A stretch of 52,722 bases of DNA from Planctomycetota bacterium (GCA_031407585.1 JANOIK010000519.1:1-52722), one strand, 5' to 3'; counted from the first letter of the stretch, positions 38,297 to 47,197 are shown. The notes: a model not told the origin generated them from the sequence alone. Numbers and translations: made by a program.

Positions 38297-38367
38297 GCTC
38301 TTATCCTTTCAGGGGGAAGTCGGTGTCAGGGATTTCAGTCGGCGTGCTCGCCCCTGGGGAGCGGGGG

Positions 38368-38763
38368 TTAGCTACTCCACCGTTCCAAGTCGCTGTCGGA
38401 TGCGTCCGCAGCTTCAAAGTGCGTTTCGATTTCGTAGACCTGCACGCCCAGTCCGAACGGCAACTTGAGCACGTGCGCCATGCCACCGTCCGGCAGGCGT
38501 TCGTAGCCGCTTGGGCAGTCCAGGTTTGCCAAACTGCCGACGCGGTTAGCAAGCCCGCACGCCCGCTTGTGGTTCGCGATTTCTTCAGGCGTCGCGCAGT
38601 CGGGGTCCGGGGTAAACTTGCGCGGGTCGCCGCCCGTGAACGATCCGTACTCCACCTCTTTCTGTGGATGCGGGCAGGCGTACTTGTCCACACTGCCCGC
38701 GACGTAGTTGTGGTCCGCGAAGTCACGCCCGCAGTTGGAGCACTTGTGGTAGGCGGCTGTCAT
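38368..38763 (-). CDS. Hypothetical protein with CxxC..H motif
   Basis: MTAAYHKCSNCG..GGDPRKFTPD; ATGA overlap. Confidence 0.65.
   Translation of the reverse strand: MTAAYHKCSNCGRDFADHNYVAGSVDKYACPHPQKEVEYGSFTGGDPRKFTPDPDCATPEEIANHKRACGLANRVGSLANLDCPSGYERLPDGGMAHVLKLPFGLGVQVYEIETHFEAADASDSDLERWSS
38588..38713. repeat. Diverged direct repeat, copy A
   Basis: Encodes HNYVAGSVDKYACPHPQKEVEYGSFTGG. Confidence 0.9.
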
Positions 38764-38924
38764 CGTTTTTCTTTCTTCCACTCGCGCCTCAGCAGCTCCA
38801 GGGCAGCCGCAGACTGCATGGCGTACACAAGGCCGCTGCGTTGCTCCACGAACTTCAGGAACGCATCCTTGGGCTTCTCTGGCGGCGGCGGGTTGATGGC
38901 TTTCGAGCGCGGGGTTAGGGGCAT
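38760..38924 (-). CDS. Small hypothetical protein
   Basis: MPLTPRSK..EWKKEKR*; GAGG SD. Confidence 0.5.
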   Translation of the reverse strand: MPLTPRSKAINPPPPEKPKDAFLKFVEQRSGLVYAMQSAAALELLRREWKKEKR

Positions 38925-39544
38925 GGCAGCACCTCGAATCGCAGTACCCAACACCAAGGGTTTGACGACCACGGATGCGTCTTGCTGTTGATGCGGTCCC
39001 AAAGTGCGCGGTACTGCGCCACTGGGCCATGCGCCGGGTCCAGTCTCTTGGCGCATCGCCTTGGGTCTTTGATGCCCTCTGCAATTGCGTCGGACCAACT
39101 GATGCTCTGCACGCGCTCGGCCCGAACGTCCGTCAGCTTCAGGCGGATGCGGCACGCCCACTTCGGCATGAAGATCGAAGGGCGCCACGTATGCTGCGGT
39201 TCCGCGTGCGCGTAGTCCGCGCGATACACTACGTCGTTGATGTTGGTCGATCCGGGCGGAGCGTCGAACGTCTCGCGGACCCACAGAACGTCGCCGGGCT
39301 GGCCGTAGGGGCAGAGAACGTCGTCCTCGTGGTTCGTGTCCTGTTCTTCGGAAAAGTGCCACCATCGCGAGCCATCCGCCTCGTACTCCAATTCCACGCG
39401 CTGGCAAAGATGAACGTCTGCCATCGGATCGCGATTATTCTTCACGGCTCGCCGCGTCTGCGTCTTAGTTCCCGCTCGCAACGCGCGTATCATCTCGCCG
39501 CTGAATAAGATGGGCCGTTCTTTGATTGCGTCTGTTAGGGGCAT
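38915..39544 (-). CDS. ASCH/PUA-like conserved phage protein
   Basis: ERPILFSGEM..GTKTQTRR..CPYGQPGD.LWVRET..WRPSIFMP..NPWCW. Confidence 0.8.
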   Translation of the reverse strand: MPLTDAIKERPILFSGEMIRALRAGTKTQTRRAVKNNRDPMADVHLCQRVELEYEADGSRWWHFSEEQDTNHEDDVLCPYGQPGDVLWVRETFDAPPGSTNINDVVYRADYAHAEPQHTWRPSIFMPKWACRIRLKLTDVRAERVQSISWSDAIAEGIKDPRRCAKRLDPAHGPVAQYRALWDRINSKTHPWSSNPWCWVLRFEVLPCP

Positions 39545-39951
39545 GGGGGATACTCCGGGGCGGGCTCAAAAGTCGTGCGGTCCCAATACGTCGAAAGCTT
39601 CTTGCCGCTCACCCGGCACTTGCGCGCCAACGTGTCGTCGGCTTTCTTAATCGACTTGATCGTGGAGCAACGGCGCGCCACCTGTACATTGTCGAGCCCC
39701 GTGGCCTGCGCGATTTCGTGGATCGTCCAGCCGCCGCCCTTCAGGACAACCGCCTCAATCAAGGCCGCGTGGTCTGCGGCTGTTCCGTTGGCGACGACTT
39801 CACGGGCCGCTGTCTTGCTGGATGCTGAATCGGTGCGCCTTGCTAGTCTCTCTCCTCCCACGCCTCGCGAGCTGGGGGAGGGGGCGGTAGGGGTGTGGAG
39901 GGGGCGACAATGCGCGGGAATTGCATCGTCAAAAAGCGAGGCTTGCTTCAT
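39535..39951 (-). CDS. Winged-helix/HTH DNA-binding protein
   Basis: ARRTD..SKTAA..TIHEIAQATGLDNVQVARR. Confidence 0.65.
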   Translation of the reverse strand: MKQASLFDDAIPAHCRPLHTPTAPSPSSRGVGGERLARRTDSASSKTAAREVVANGTAADHAALIEAVVLKGGGWTIHEIAQATGLDNVQVARRCSTIKSIKKADDTLARKCRVSGKKLSTYWDRTTFEPAPEYPPCP

Positions 39952-41936
39952 GCTGACATTTCCTTGAACAGTTGCTCTTGCTCGCGGGTGTCATGCTCGA
40001 CGCGGTGCGCCTTGCGCAACACGTTTTCGATCATGGGCATTTCGATGTCCGTTGCGGGAATGTGGACGTTCAGCGGGCGCGTGCTGCCGATGCGGTTCGA
40101 CCGCTTGACGCACTGATAGAACGCTTCGTAGGAGTCCTGTAATCCGCTGAACACTTGCCGCGTCGCAACCTGGAGATTTAGGCCAAACCCCAAAACCCGG
40201 GGCTTACTAACCAGCGTCCGACCTCTTGATAACTGCTCGTGAGTGCAATCGCAGATATGCCGCGGCACGGTCAAGTCGCTCGGCGTCGTCGCCGAGCTTT
40301 CCGATTGCGAGATTGCAGTTCTGGCAGAGCAGCCCGCGGACGGCTCCGGTTTCGTGGCAGTGATCAATGTGGAGTCGACTTGTTCGCCCGTCTCCGCCTT
40401 CGTGTCCGCAGATAGCGCACGCGCCGTATTGACTTGCATAGATTGCGTCGTACTGCGCTGGCGTGAGCCCGTAGGCTCTAAGTCGCTGAGCCCATCGCAT
40501 GTCGGGGTTGCGCTCTTGCCACTGCCTGGCGTTCTGCCGGGCCTTTGTGCGCAGTACTTCATCGACTGCGTACTGCTCTCGCTTTCGTTCATTGAGTTCG
40601 TCTTGCTGTTCTCGGGTTCGCTTGCCCCATCGTTGCTTGTTGGCGGCGTAGTACTTTCGCATGTACTCGCGTTTTTCTTCGGGCGTTCGCATTCGATCCT
40701 CCGTTTCAGTTCGCAATCGCAAATACGCCGACAAAACCAGTCGATGTAAAGTCGTCGCTTCCACATTGGCGTAGAGCCGTCAATGCTCTTTGCGAGCGGC
40801 AATGCGGCGCATACCTTCGCCTGCTCATCATCGTAGAGACACCAAACTAAAGTCGACTCGTCGGGCCATGACTCGATACTTGCGCGGATGTATTCGTATT
40901 TCAACGTCGGAAAGTCCTGTCCCTTCCAATTACCCTTGGCGACTTGCCCGTAGGCGGCGCGATGCGTGATGCCGCCCGTGCGCACCGCGAGCAAAGTCCC
41001 CAGGTGCTTGCGCACCCAATCGTCTTGCTCCGCCGTCATCGGCACGTTTTCAATATGCGTGTGAATCGGCGGAAGCGTGCCGCAATTGTCTTTCCAGCCG
41101 TAGGTCGCGGGGTCGCTTAGGAAAATGCACCAGTCCGACAGCGAGCGATAGAACGGCCGCAATGCGTGCGGCTTCAGTTCCCAGCGTTCATCCGTCTGAC
41201 CGCGATTGACAAAGTAAGTGGCTAGAAACGAGTTGACCGTCGGGAAGCGGTCAAGAAATACGGCGTGGTTCGCGTACTCGATCCGATCGTTTGGCGCCGG
41301 CGTGCCGGTCAAGCAGAGCTTCCATTCCAGCCCGGCGCCGAGTCGCAAGCAGATTCCCGCATAGTTCCCGTAGTGACTCTTGAGAATGCTCGACTCGTCG
41401 AGAATCAACGCGCCGAGCTTGCCCCGTGGCGTGTCGTTCTTAAGGGCTTCGTAGTTGGTTATGCCTATGCAATCGCCGGTCCCCTCTAGCCACGCGGCGA
41501 GATTGGCGACTTTCACTCGCTCGATCTTGTAACCCGGCCAAAACTTCTCCGCCTCGGCGATCGTTTGGTAAATCACCATCGGAGGTGACACGATCAAGAC
41601 GCGACGTTTCTTGCCGAGGCGCGATTGCACGTGCGCGGCGTAGCTCAAGAGAATCAGCGTCTTGCCGAGCCCGCAGTCCGCGAACACCGCGAACCGTTGC
41701 CGTTGAATCGCCAGTGAAGTAATCGCCCGCTGGTAATCGAACATGAATGATTCGGGCGTGAACTTCGATGCACGAGCACGCCCCGCCTTCACGCCGATCC
41801 GGCTGGCGTACTCGTCTGGAAACTCCGCGACCCGTCCGCGAATGGAATAGGCCGGCAGTTCCTTGATGGCCAAGAACTGCCGGTAGCTGTCAACGGAATT
41901 TGGGTCGAGTGTTACGCGCACAGAGAATCCTTTCAA
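39948..41936 (-). CDS. SF2 (SNF2-like) helicase with a ~160-aa in-frame insertion
   Basis: DCGLGKT, LDESS, TGTP, GFGLNLQ, QCVKRSNRIG motifs. Confidence 0.9.
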   Translation of the reverse strand: MKGFSVRVTLDPNSVDSYRQFLAIKELPAYSIRGRVAEFPDEYASRIGVKAGRARASKFTPESFMFDYQRAITSLAIQRQRFAVFADCGLGKTLILLSYAAHVQSRLGKKRRVLIVSPPMVIYQTIAEAEKFWPGYKIERVKVANLAAWLEGTGDCIGITNYEALKNDTPRGKLGALILDESSILKSHYGNYAGICLRLGAGLEWKLCLTGTPAPNDRIEYANHAVFLDRFPTVNSFLATYFVNRGQTDERWELKPHALRPFYRSLSDWCIFLSDPATYGWKDNCGTLPPIHTHIENVPMTAEQDDWVRKHLGTLLAVRTGGITHRAAYGQVAKGNWKGQDFPTLKYEYIRASIESWPDESTLVWCLYDDEQAKVCAALPLAKSIDGSTPMWKRRLYIDWFCRRICDCELKRRIECERPKKNASTCESTTPPTSNDGASEPENSKTNSMNESESSTQSMKYCAQRPGRTPGSGKSATPTCDGLSDLEPTGSRQRSTTQSMQVNTARALSADTKAETGEQVDSTLITATKPEPSAGCSARTAISQSESSATTPSDLTVPRHICDCTHEQLSRGRTLVSKPRVLGFGLNLQVATRQVFSGLQDSYEAFYQCVKRSNRIGSTRPLNVHIPATDIEMPMIENVLRKAHRVEHDTREQEQLFKEMSA
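40207..40692 (-). CDS. Endonuclease VII-type HNH endonuclease nested in the helicase gene
   Basis: YGLT..Q.GACAICG..LHIDHCHETGAVRGLLCQNCNLAIG..AAAYL; GGAGG SD just upstream of ATG 40692. Confidence 0.9.
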   Translation of the reverse strand: MRTPEEKREYMRKYYAANKQRWGKRTREQQDELNERKREQYAVDEVLRTKARQNARQWQERNPDMRWAQRLRAYGLTPAQYDAIYASQYGACAICGHEGGDGRTSRLHIDHCHETGAVRGLLCQNCNLAIGKLGDDAERLDRAAAYLRLHSRAVIKRSDAG

Positions 41937-42805
41937 GCAAACAGGGCCATTTGATCCGACTCGACGCTTTCAGCCTTGCGGAGATTAGTACGCGCCGCCG
42001 TCACGTATTCGTCTTTGATTTCGCAGCCGTAGAAGCGGCGCCCTTCGATGAGCGAGACATACCCCTCGCTGCCAATGCCGGCGAACGGCGAGAACACGAT
42101 CTCATCGGGATTCGTATAGAGCCGCACCAGCCTGCGAATGACGCCTAATTGCAGCGGGCAGACATGCTTCGTGTCATCTTCGCCCCGGCCTTCGCGGACA
42201 TTGAGAGTGTCCGTTTCCTTGATGTCGGCCCAGCAGCATTCCGCCCACTGAATCCACTCAATCCGCGAGACTTGCCCATCGCCGACGACAGGGACGGCGT
42301 TCTCTCCCGGCGCCCGAAACTTGATGAGGTAATCAGGGAGCGTACCGCGGCTCTTGGCGCGGTCGGATTCGAGACCCGCAAATTGCAACTCCCGGCTGCG
42401 GGTGCGAATCGCTTGCGCCTGCGGATTCTTGCGCACAGCCCAATCGTATTCGTAAACCAGGCCAGCCCGCTCGGCGAGCCGCACGTTGAGCCCGCGATAA
42501 TCATGCAGCCCCACTTCGCCGCTGCGCTTCAGCCGCGGGATTTGCATAACGTGAACCATGACCACGCGGCCAGGCTTCACGATGCGAGCCAACTGTCGAA
42601 AGAAGAACGACAAGTGGAGCTTCGCGTCGCCCCGAAAGTCCTCGCTGTTGCCGATGTCGCTCGCTTGATCGGTGTACGCGAAAAGTGACGGGAACGGCGG
42701 CGAGAACACCGCCATGTCCACGCTCGCCTCTGGCATCGTCGCCATATGCGTGATGCAATCTTCTTGCGCTAGGCGCCACCGATCGTCACCGAGAATATCT
42801 AGCAT
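41933..42805 (-). CDS. DNA methyltransferase (N4-C/N6-A, beta class)
   Basis: Catalytic FSPPF, HVCPLQ, SAM-binding FSPFAGIGS, GCEIK. Confidence 0.9.
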   Translation of the reverse strand: MLDILGDDRWRLAQEDCITHMATMPEASVDMAVFSPPFPSLFAYTDQASDIGNSEDFRGDAKLHLSFFFRQLARIVKPGRVVMVHVMQIPRLKRSGEVGLHDYRGLNVRLAERAGLVYEYDWAVRKNPQAQAIRTRSRELQFAGLESDRAKSRGTLPDYLIKFRAPGENAVPVVGDGQVSRIEWIQWAECCWADIKETDTLNVREGRGEDDTKHVCPLQLGVIRRLVRLYTNPDEIVFSPFAGIGSEGYVSLIEGRRFYGCEIKDEYVTAARTNLRKAESVESDQMALFA

Positions 42806-42811
42806 CGCCGC

Positions 42812-43219
42812 TCAACTCCTTTTAATCATCCAAACCAAAACCAGATAAACGCCCCACCCCACCGCCCCCACGTAGCCGCAGAAGGCCAGGAACGAAACTG
42901 AGCCTCGATAGATAGCCCGCCCCCGCGCATCCAAACTGCGCGCTCCATTAACGCACTCCGCTCCGGCAGAGTCCGCGTCCGGGGCGGGTTGATCTTCGTA
43001 GCTGCCCATCGCCTGGACGGCGCATGAGTACGCCAGAACCACCGTCCACTCGGGCATCCCCCGATGGCGCACCGCGTCGCGCAAGAGCGCTCGCAGTTCC
43101 ACGCAATCCTCAAAGTGGAACTTTCCTTGCCAGCATCCGCAGTCCACAAACAGGCAGGGACGCTCGCCGGCTAGGCAGACGTGCGCGGTGAGAGTCGCCG
43201 GAATCCTTGTTGCTGCCAT
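42812..43219 (-). CDS. Hypothetical protein with C-terminal TM
   Basis: ATG 43219 with AAGGA SD. Confidence 0.5.
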   Translation of the reverse strand: MAATRIPATLTAHVCLAGERPCLFVDCGCWQGKFHFEDCVELRALLRDAVRHRGMPEWTVVLAYSCAVQAMGSYEDQPAPDADSAGAECVNGARSLDARGRAIYRGSVSFLAFCGYVGAVGWGVYLVLVWMIKRS

Positions 43220-43266
43220 GTCGTCCTTCCTTGAGTGGGGGGGAGCAAGTCCTGAGTGGGGGCGGG

Positions 43267-44088
43267 TTAGGCGGCGAGTTCTTCGCAGATTACGTCGGCG
43301 ACGAATTTCCAGAAGTCCTGCCTCGCCGCGTCTGCCTGCTGCCACGCCGCGTCTGCCTGCTGCCTCGCCGCGTATGCCTGCTGCCACGCCGCGTCTGCCT
43401 GCTGACTCGCCGCGTCTGCCTGCTGCCACGCCGCGTCTGCCTGCTGCCTCGCCGCGTCTGCCTGCTGCCACGCCGCGTATGCCTGCTGCCTCGCCGCGTA
43501 TGCCTGCTGCCACGCCGCGTCTGCCTGCTGCCTCGCCGCGTCTGCCTGCTGACTCGCCGCGTATGCCTGCTGCCTCGCCGCGTCTGCCTGCTGACTCGCC
43601 GCGTATGCCTGCTGCTCAACGGCCTTCCATTCGGCCTCTGACGGTTCGTCGCCGGCAGCACGGCGCCGCCAGAGATTCGAGACGGCCGTTGCCGATTCGC
43701 GAACGTCCGCATTGATTGCGTCCACCGCCAAGCGGTCTGCGAGGCGCGCCATGATGCGAGCCGGCAAGTGCGTGTAGTCGGCGCTTGGGTTGACGGCGCG
43801 CCAGAATCGTGGCGGCCATGACGGGCGCTCCCCTGCTGCCAAGCCCTCAAAGACATTGTCCTCAAGTCGCAGTACCATTTCCGGTATGCCGGTTGCTTTG
43901 GCGAGCGCCGCGTGGTCGCCGGGGTCGACGTTTCTCGGAATCAAGCCCTCGCTTTTGCAGTCGCGAATCGCGCAGCCGATCGCGCAAGCGCCGTTCTTCC
44001 AGGAGTACGTCCCGCTTTTGTACTCATCCGCTTTTTGGTGCGCGTCTGAGAGTTGAATGAGCCGCTTGTGGACCTTTTTTGTCAGCAT
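43267..44088 (-). CDS. Phage protein with variable heptad repeat
   Basis: CAIGC..H..GIPE..FEGL..WP N-terminal domain plus 14 x QQA(D/Y)AA(R/W/S). Confidence 0.8.
   Translation of the reverse strand: MLTKKVHKRLIQLSDAHQKADEYKSGTYSWKNGACAIGCAIRDCKSEGLIPRNVDPGDHAALAKATGIPEMVLRLEDNVFEGLAAGERPSWPPRFWRAVNPSADYTHLPARIMARLADRLAVDAINADVRESATAVSNLWRRRAAGDEPSEAEWKAVEQQAYAASQQADAARQQAYAASQQADAARQQADAAWQQAYAARQQAYAAWQQADAARQQADAAWQQADAASQQADAAWQQAYAARQQADAAWQQADAARQDFWKFVADVICEELAA
43321..43614. repeat. 14 x 21-bp tandem repeat
   Basis: Unit cctcgccgcgtctgcctgctg with few variable positions. Confidence 0.95.
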
Positions 44089-44154
44089 GGTTATCTCACT
44101 ACAGGCTAGGGGTGGCGTGGCGGGCCTCGGCCTCTAGGGCGAAGGCGGGGCTAC

Positions 44155-45075
44155 TTACGCCAGGGCTGTTTCCTTGATCGACTTCGATTTCGTGAACGCC
44201 AGAACGGTGTCCGCGATTGCATCCAGGCCCGCGCTCGCGGAGTCGAGAATCGCAATTGCTTCCGGCTCGAACAGTCCCGGAGTCGGAACCGCCAGCAACG
44301 CATCGACGTAGGCGTTCAGCTTTTCAACGTCGGGCCGCAGTGCCGCGAGACGGGTCTGTTCTTCGCGCTGTCGTTCGGCAGCGGCGGCTCGCTCTGCGGC
44401 TTCGCGTTCCACCTTGGCGCGGGCGTCACGTTCGGCCCGTTCTTCGGCTTCGCGCTCGAATCGCGCCCGTTCGGCTTCCTGCCGCTGCTTTTCCAATTCG
44501 CGGCGATCGGCGTCGATCTTTTCCTGCGCGGCCTTCGCATCCGCCGCAGCCTTTTCGGCAATCGCCTTCCGCTCGGCTTCGAGAGCGGCCCGTTCCTCGG
44601 CGAGTCGCGCACGCTCGGCCGCCAAGCGGTCGTTCTCCGCTTGCTGCTCAAGGCGGATTCGCTCACGCTCCGCAGCCTCAGCGGCTTCGCGCTCTGCGCG
44701 GACGCGAGCCTCCTCGGCCTCGATCTTGCGGCGTTCATCGGCCACCCGCTCCGCTTCAATGCGCGCCTTCTCGTCGTCGATCTTCGCCTTTTCGATCTTC
44801 AGCGGTTCCTCGACCGACTCCAGCGCGGCCGTGATGCGCTTCGCCTCGGAGTCCACCTTGCGGCCAAACTCCAGGGCGTCCGCCTTGAGTTCTTTGCGCT
44901 TCTTCTCGACGGCAACGCGCAGTGAGCGCACTTCGCCGATAGCGGCCGTGACGAGCTTGTAGCCGGCCGGTGTCGCTGCGGTGAGTCCCGCGAACTTCGC
45001 ACGTAACGTCTCAATCGCCGCGTCGGAGACGTTGTACTCGACAATCGGTTTCGCGGTTTTAGTTGCTTCTAACAT
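44155..45075 (-). CDS. Long coiled-coil protein (DUF1351-like early protein)
   Basis: RVAVEKKRKELK..GRKVDSEAKRI; E/R/A-rich. Confidence 0.75.
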   Translation of the reverse strand: MLEATKTAKPIVEYNVSDAAIETLRAKFAGLTAATPAGYKLVTAAIGEVRSLRVAVEKKRKELKADALEFGRKVDSEAKRITAALESVEEPLKIEKAKIDDEKARIEAERVADERRKIEAEEARVRAEREAAEAAERERIRLEQQAENDRLAAERARLAEERAALEAERKAIAEKAAADAKAAQEKIDADRRELEKQRQEAERARFEREAEERAERDARAKVEREAAERAAAAERQREEQTRLAALRPDVEKLNAYVDALLAVPTPGLFEPEAIAILDSASAGLDAIADTVLAFTKSKSIKETALA

Positions 45076-45241
45076 GACTGCCTTTCGTGGTTAAAAATCC
45101 AACGGCGACGCCCGACCATTTCTTCGCAGGAACTGTTAGGGCCTCGGAGCTGTCGACTAGCCCTGTACCTGCCTGCTCACCCTGTACGTCGGGGCCAATA
45201 GGTACTCAGCGCGGAGTTGCCGCCGGCGCGGTTGGGTTGTG

Positions 45242-46153
45242 CTATTCCTTCGGTACGCTCGCCAGAAACGCCAAGTGGTCGTTCGCGGCATCCTCCAGGT
45301 TCTTCAAATCGCTGGCGCTCCACACGGCCTTGCGGACCAGCAATAGCCAGCCTTCAACGTCGCCCGGCGTCATGGCGCGTTGCAGGTCCATGAGCTTGCT
45401 CGCGACCTTGCCGGGTTCGTTCGGCGTGTCGTCCTCGCCAAAAGGATCGTCGCCCATTTCGATTGACACCTCGCCGACAACCTCGCCGTCCTTTGCGATA
45501 AGCGATTCCAGGTCCGTGGGGGCCTGTGCGGCGCCGTCAACGAACACGGGGGCCGCGCCGTCCGCCGGCAGGTCCGCCGCTTCATCGGCCGACAGCACGC
45601 CGCAGAGAACGTCAGGGAACGCATCGCGCAGCGCGAACGCACGGGCACGCGCCTTGAGCATTCGGGCGGGGTGCTGCTTGTACGTGTCCTTCCCGGTCAG
45701 TCCGGCGCGAATCGCATCCTTCCACGAAAAGCTGGCGGTCGATGGCGTGGGGCGCCCGTGCCGTTTCACCTCGCAGGTCGCGACGAGGGTGTCGAGTTTC
45801 TCGGGTGAACCGGCGACGGATTCCTTTATGTCGACCAGCACGCCGCTGGCCTGCGCGACCGCCAACATACCGTCGCCGAATAACGAAGGACGCCCGTTGA
45901 CCACCATGACGGTTGCCATCGCCTGCATGGGGCGCAGGCCCAACTCGGCGCCGTACTCCAGCGCGACCATGATTTGCTCTTGAGTCTTGAGTCCGCGCGG
46001 CGCGATGCCACTGCGCACGACCGCCCCGGCGAACTTCCACATGGCATCCATGTCGTTCAAGACGAGGCCGCGATTGGCCGCGCCCACCTGTACCATTCGC
46101 GCTGGCGTCGCCTGCGGAGCTGCCGCCACAAGTTGATTGCCGTTAGTCGACAT
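45242..46153 (-). CDS. RecT-like single-strand annealing protein
   Basis: GAELGLRPMQA..VVNGRPSL..A.RAGL..Y..HP.RMLKARA..ALRDAFPDVL.G. Confidence 0.85.
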   Translation of the reverse strand: MSTNGNQLVAAAPQATPARMVQVGAANRGLVLNDMDAMWKFAGAVVRSGIAPRGLKTQEQIMVALEYGAELGLRPMQAMATVMVVNGRPSLFGDGMLAVAQASGVLVDIKESVAGSPEKLDTLVATCEVKRHGRPTPSTASFSWKDAIRAGLTGKDTYKQHPARMLKARARAFALRDAFPDVLCGVLSADEAADLPADGAAPVFVDGAAQAPTDLESLIAKDGEVVGEVSIEMGDDPFGEDDTPNEPGKVASKLMDLQRAMTPGDVEGWLLLVRKAVWSASDLKNLEDAANDHLAFLASVPKE

Positions 46154-47018
46154 AGATTTCCTTCGCCTTTCGGGTGAAGCGTCTCGATCCGTTCTTACCG
46201 GCCCAAGCGAACCCATCGCCGCTCGGCAGCCGTCCTAATTCGTTCTCGCCCATCGCCGCCTTGACGCGGTTTTTGATTTCGTTCTGCTTTCGCTCCGCTG
46301 CGGAAATGAACTTTGAGATTCGGTCGTAGCGTTCGCCGAGCCCGTCGAGTTCACGCGGCAGATCCACGACTTTCTTCTGCCCTTCCATCCACTGCTTTGC
46401 GAGCGCACGGCTGGTCGCCTCGGAATAGTCCGGCGGCGGGGCTTCGTTCTTCTCGACGTACTGCTCCCAAAAGCCGCGGCACTTCGCGATATGCCGCTTG
46501 GCGAACGATGGGGACAGTCGCATTTCGTGGTGCTTGAATAGCGTCGAGTTAATAAGCACGGCGATGAACGCCCGCTCGACGCCCATGACGATCATTTGAT
46601 GCTGAAGCTGCGTCTGGTAGGCCAGCGGGATTCGCTCGCGCCATTCGTCCGCCGCGCCGAAGCTGGCCGTCTTGAGTTCGACAACCGCTGAGCCGTCGCC
46701 GCTCATGCGATCTGGCGTGCAGCCCATGAACGGCAAGTCCGCTCGACGGAAGATGGTGAAGTCGCCGTGATCGAATGTCGGGACGCCCGTAGCCTCGGTG
46801 AACATTTCAGCGACAAGCGGCTCCAGGGCATGGCCAACTCGCTGCACGATATCCGGGTGGTCTGGTTCCATCTCGCCGACTTTGCTCCACCACACGGAAT
46901 ACGGCGACGAATAGCCAGAGCATCCCCAAATCGCCGCCGCGTCGCTGGCGCCGATGAACTTGCGCCGGGCAACTCGCCAGGCTTCTCGGTTCGGCATTTC
47001 AAATTTGGCGGCGGTCAT
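46143..47018 (-). CDS. YqaJ-like (lambda exonuclease family) nuclease
   Basis: RRKFIGASDAAAI, GHALEP, CTPD, VELKT, YQTQLQHQM. Confidence 0.92.
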   Translation of the reverse strand: MTAAKFEMPNREAWRVARRKFIGASDAAAIWGCSGYSSPYSVWWSKVGEMEPDHPDIVQRVGHALEPLVAEMFTEATGVPTFDHGDFTIFRRADLPFMGCTPDRMSGDGSAVVELKTASFGAADEWRERIPLAYQTQLQHQMIVMGVERAFIAVLINSTLFKHHEMRLSPSFAKRHIAKCRGFWEQYVEKNEAPPPDYSEATSRALAKQWMEGQKKVVDLPRELDGLGERYDRISKFISAAERKQNEIKNRVKAAMGENELGRLPSGDGFAWAGKNGSRRFTRKAKEIYVD

Positions 47019-47047
47019 GGCGGCTTAGAGAGTTAAAGGGGGAGCGG

Positions 47048-47194
47048 CTAGTATTCCAGCGTGCCTTCAGGCGGGTCGTCGGCTTCTCGGATCGCTTCGC
47101 AGAAATCACATGTGCAGTCGTCAACGTCCTTGTGCCCGCACTCTTGGCACTTGTCCCACGGGTCCATTGCGGCTTCGCAGTTCGGGCAAGTCAT
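47048..47194 (-). CDS. 48-aa Cys-rich microprotein (absent from ORF track)
   Basis: MTCPNCE..KCQECGH..CTCDFCE..; GGAG SD. Confidence 0.6.
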   Translation of the reverse strand: MTCPNCEAAMDPWDKCQECGHKDVDDCTCDFCEAIREADDPPEGTLEY

Positions 47195-47197
47195 GGG

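Noticed and set aside
37746-38713. Repeat pair as DGR template and variable regions
   Set aside because: No reverse transcriptase; differences are mostly synonymous and not adenine-specific
40230-40740. Helicase insert as an intein or group I/II intron
   Set aside because: No HINT motifs or terminal His-Asn; the nuclease is in a different frame; too little non-ORF sequence for a ribozyme core
43321-43614. 21-bp (and the 9-bp) arrays as CRISPR
   Set aside because: Head-to-tail in-frame coding repeats with no unique spacers and no cas genes
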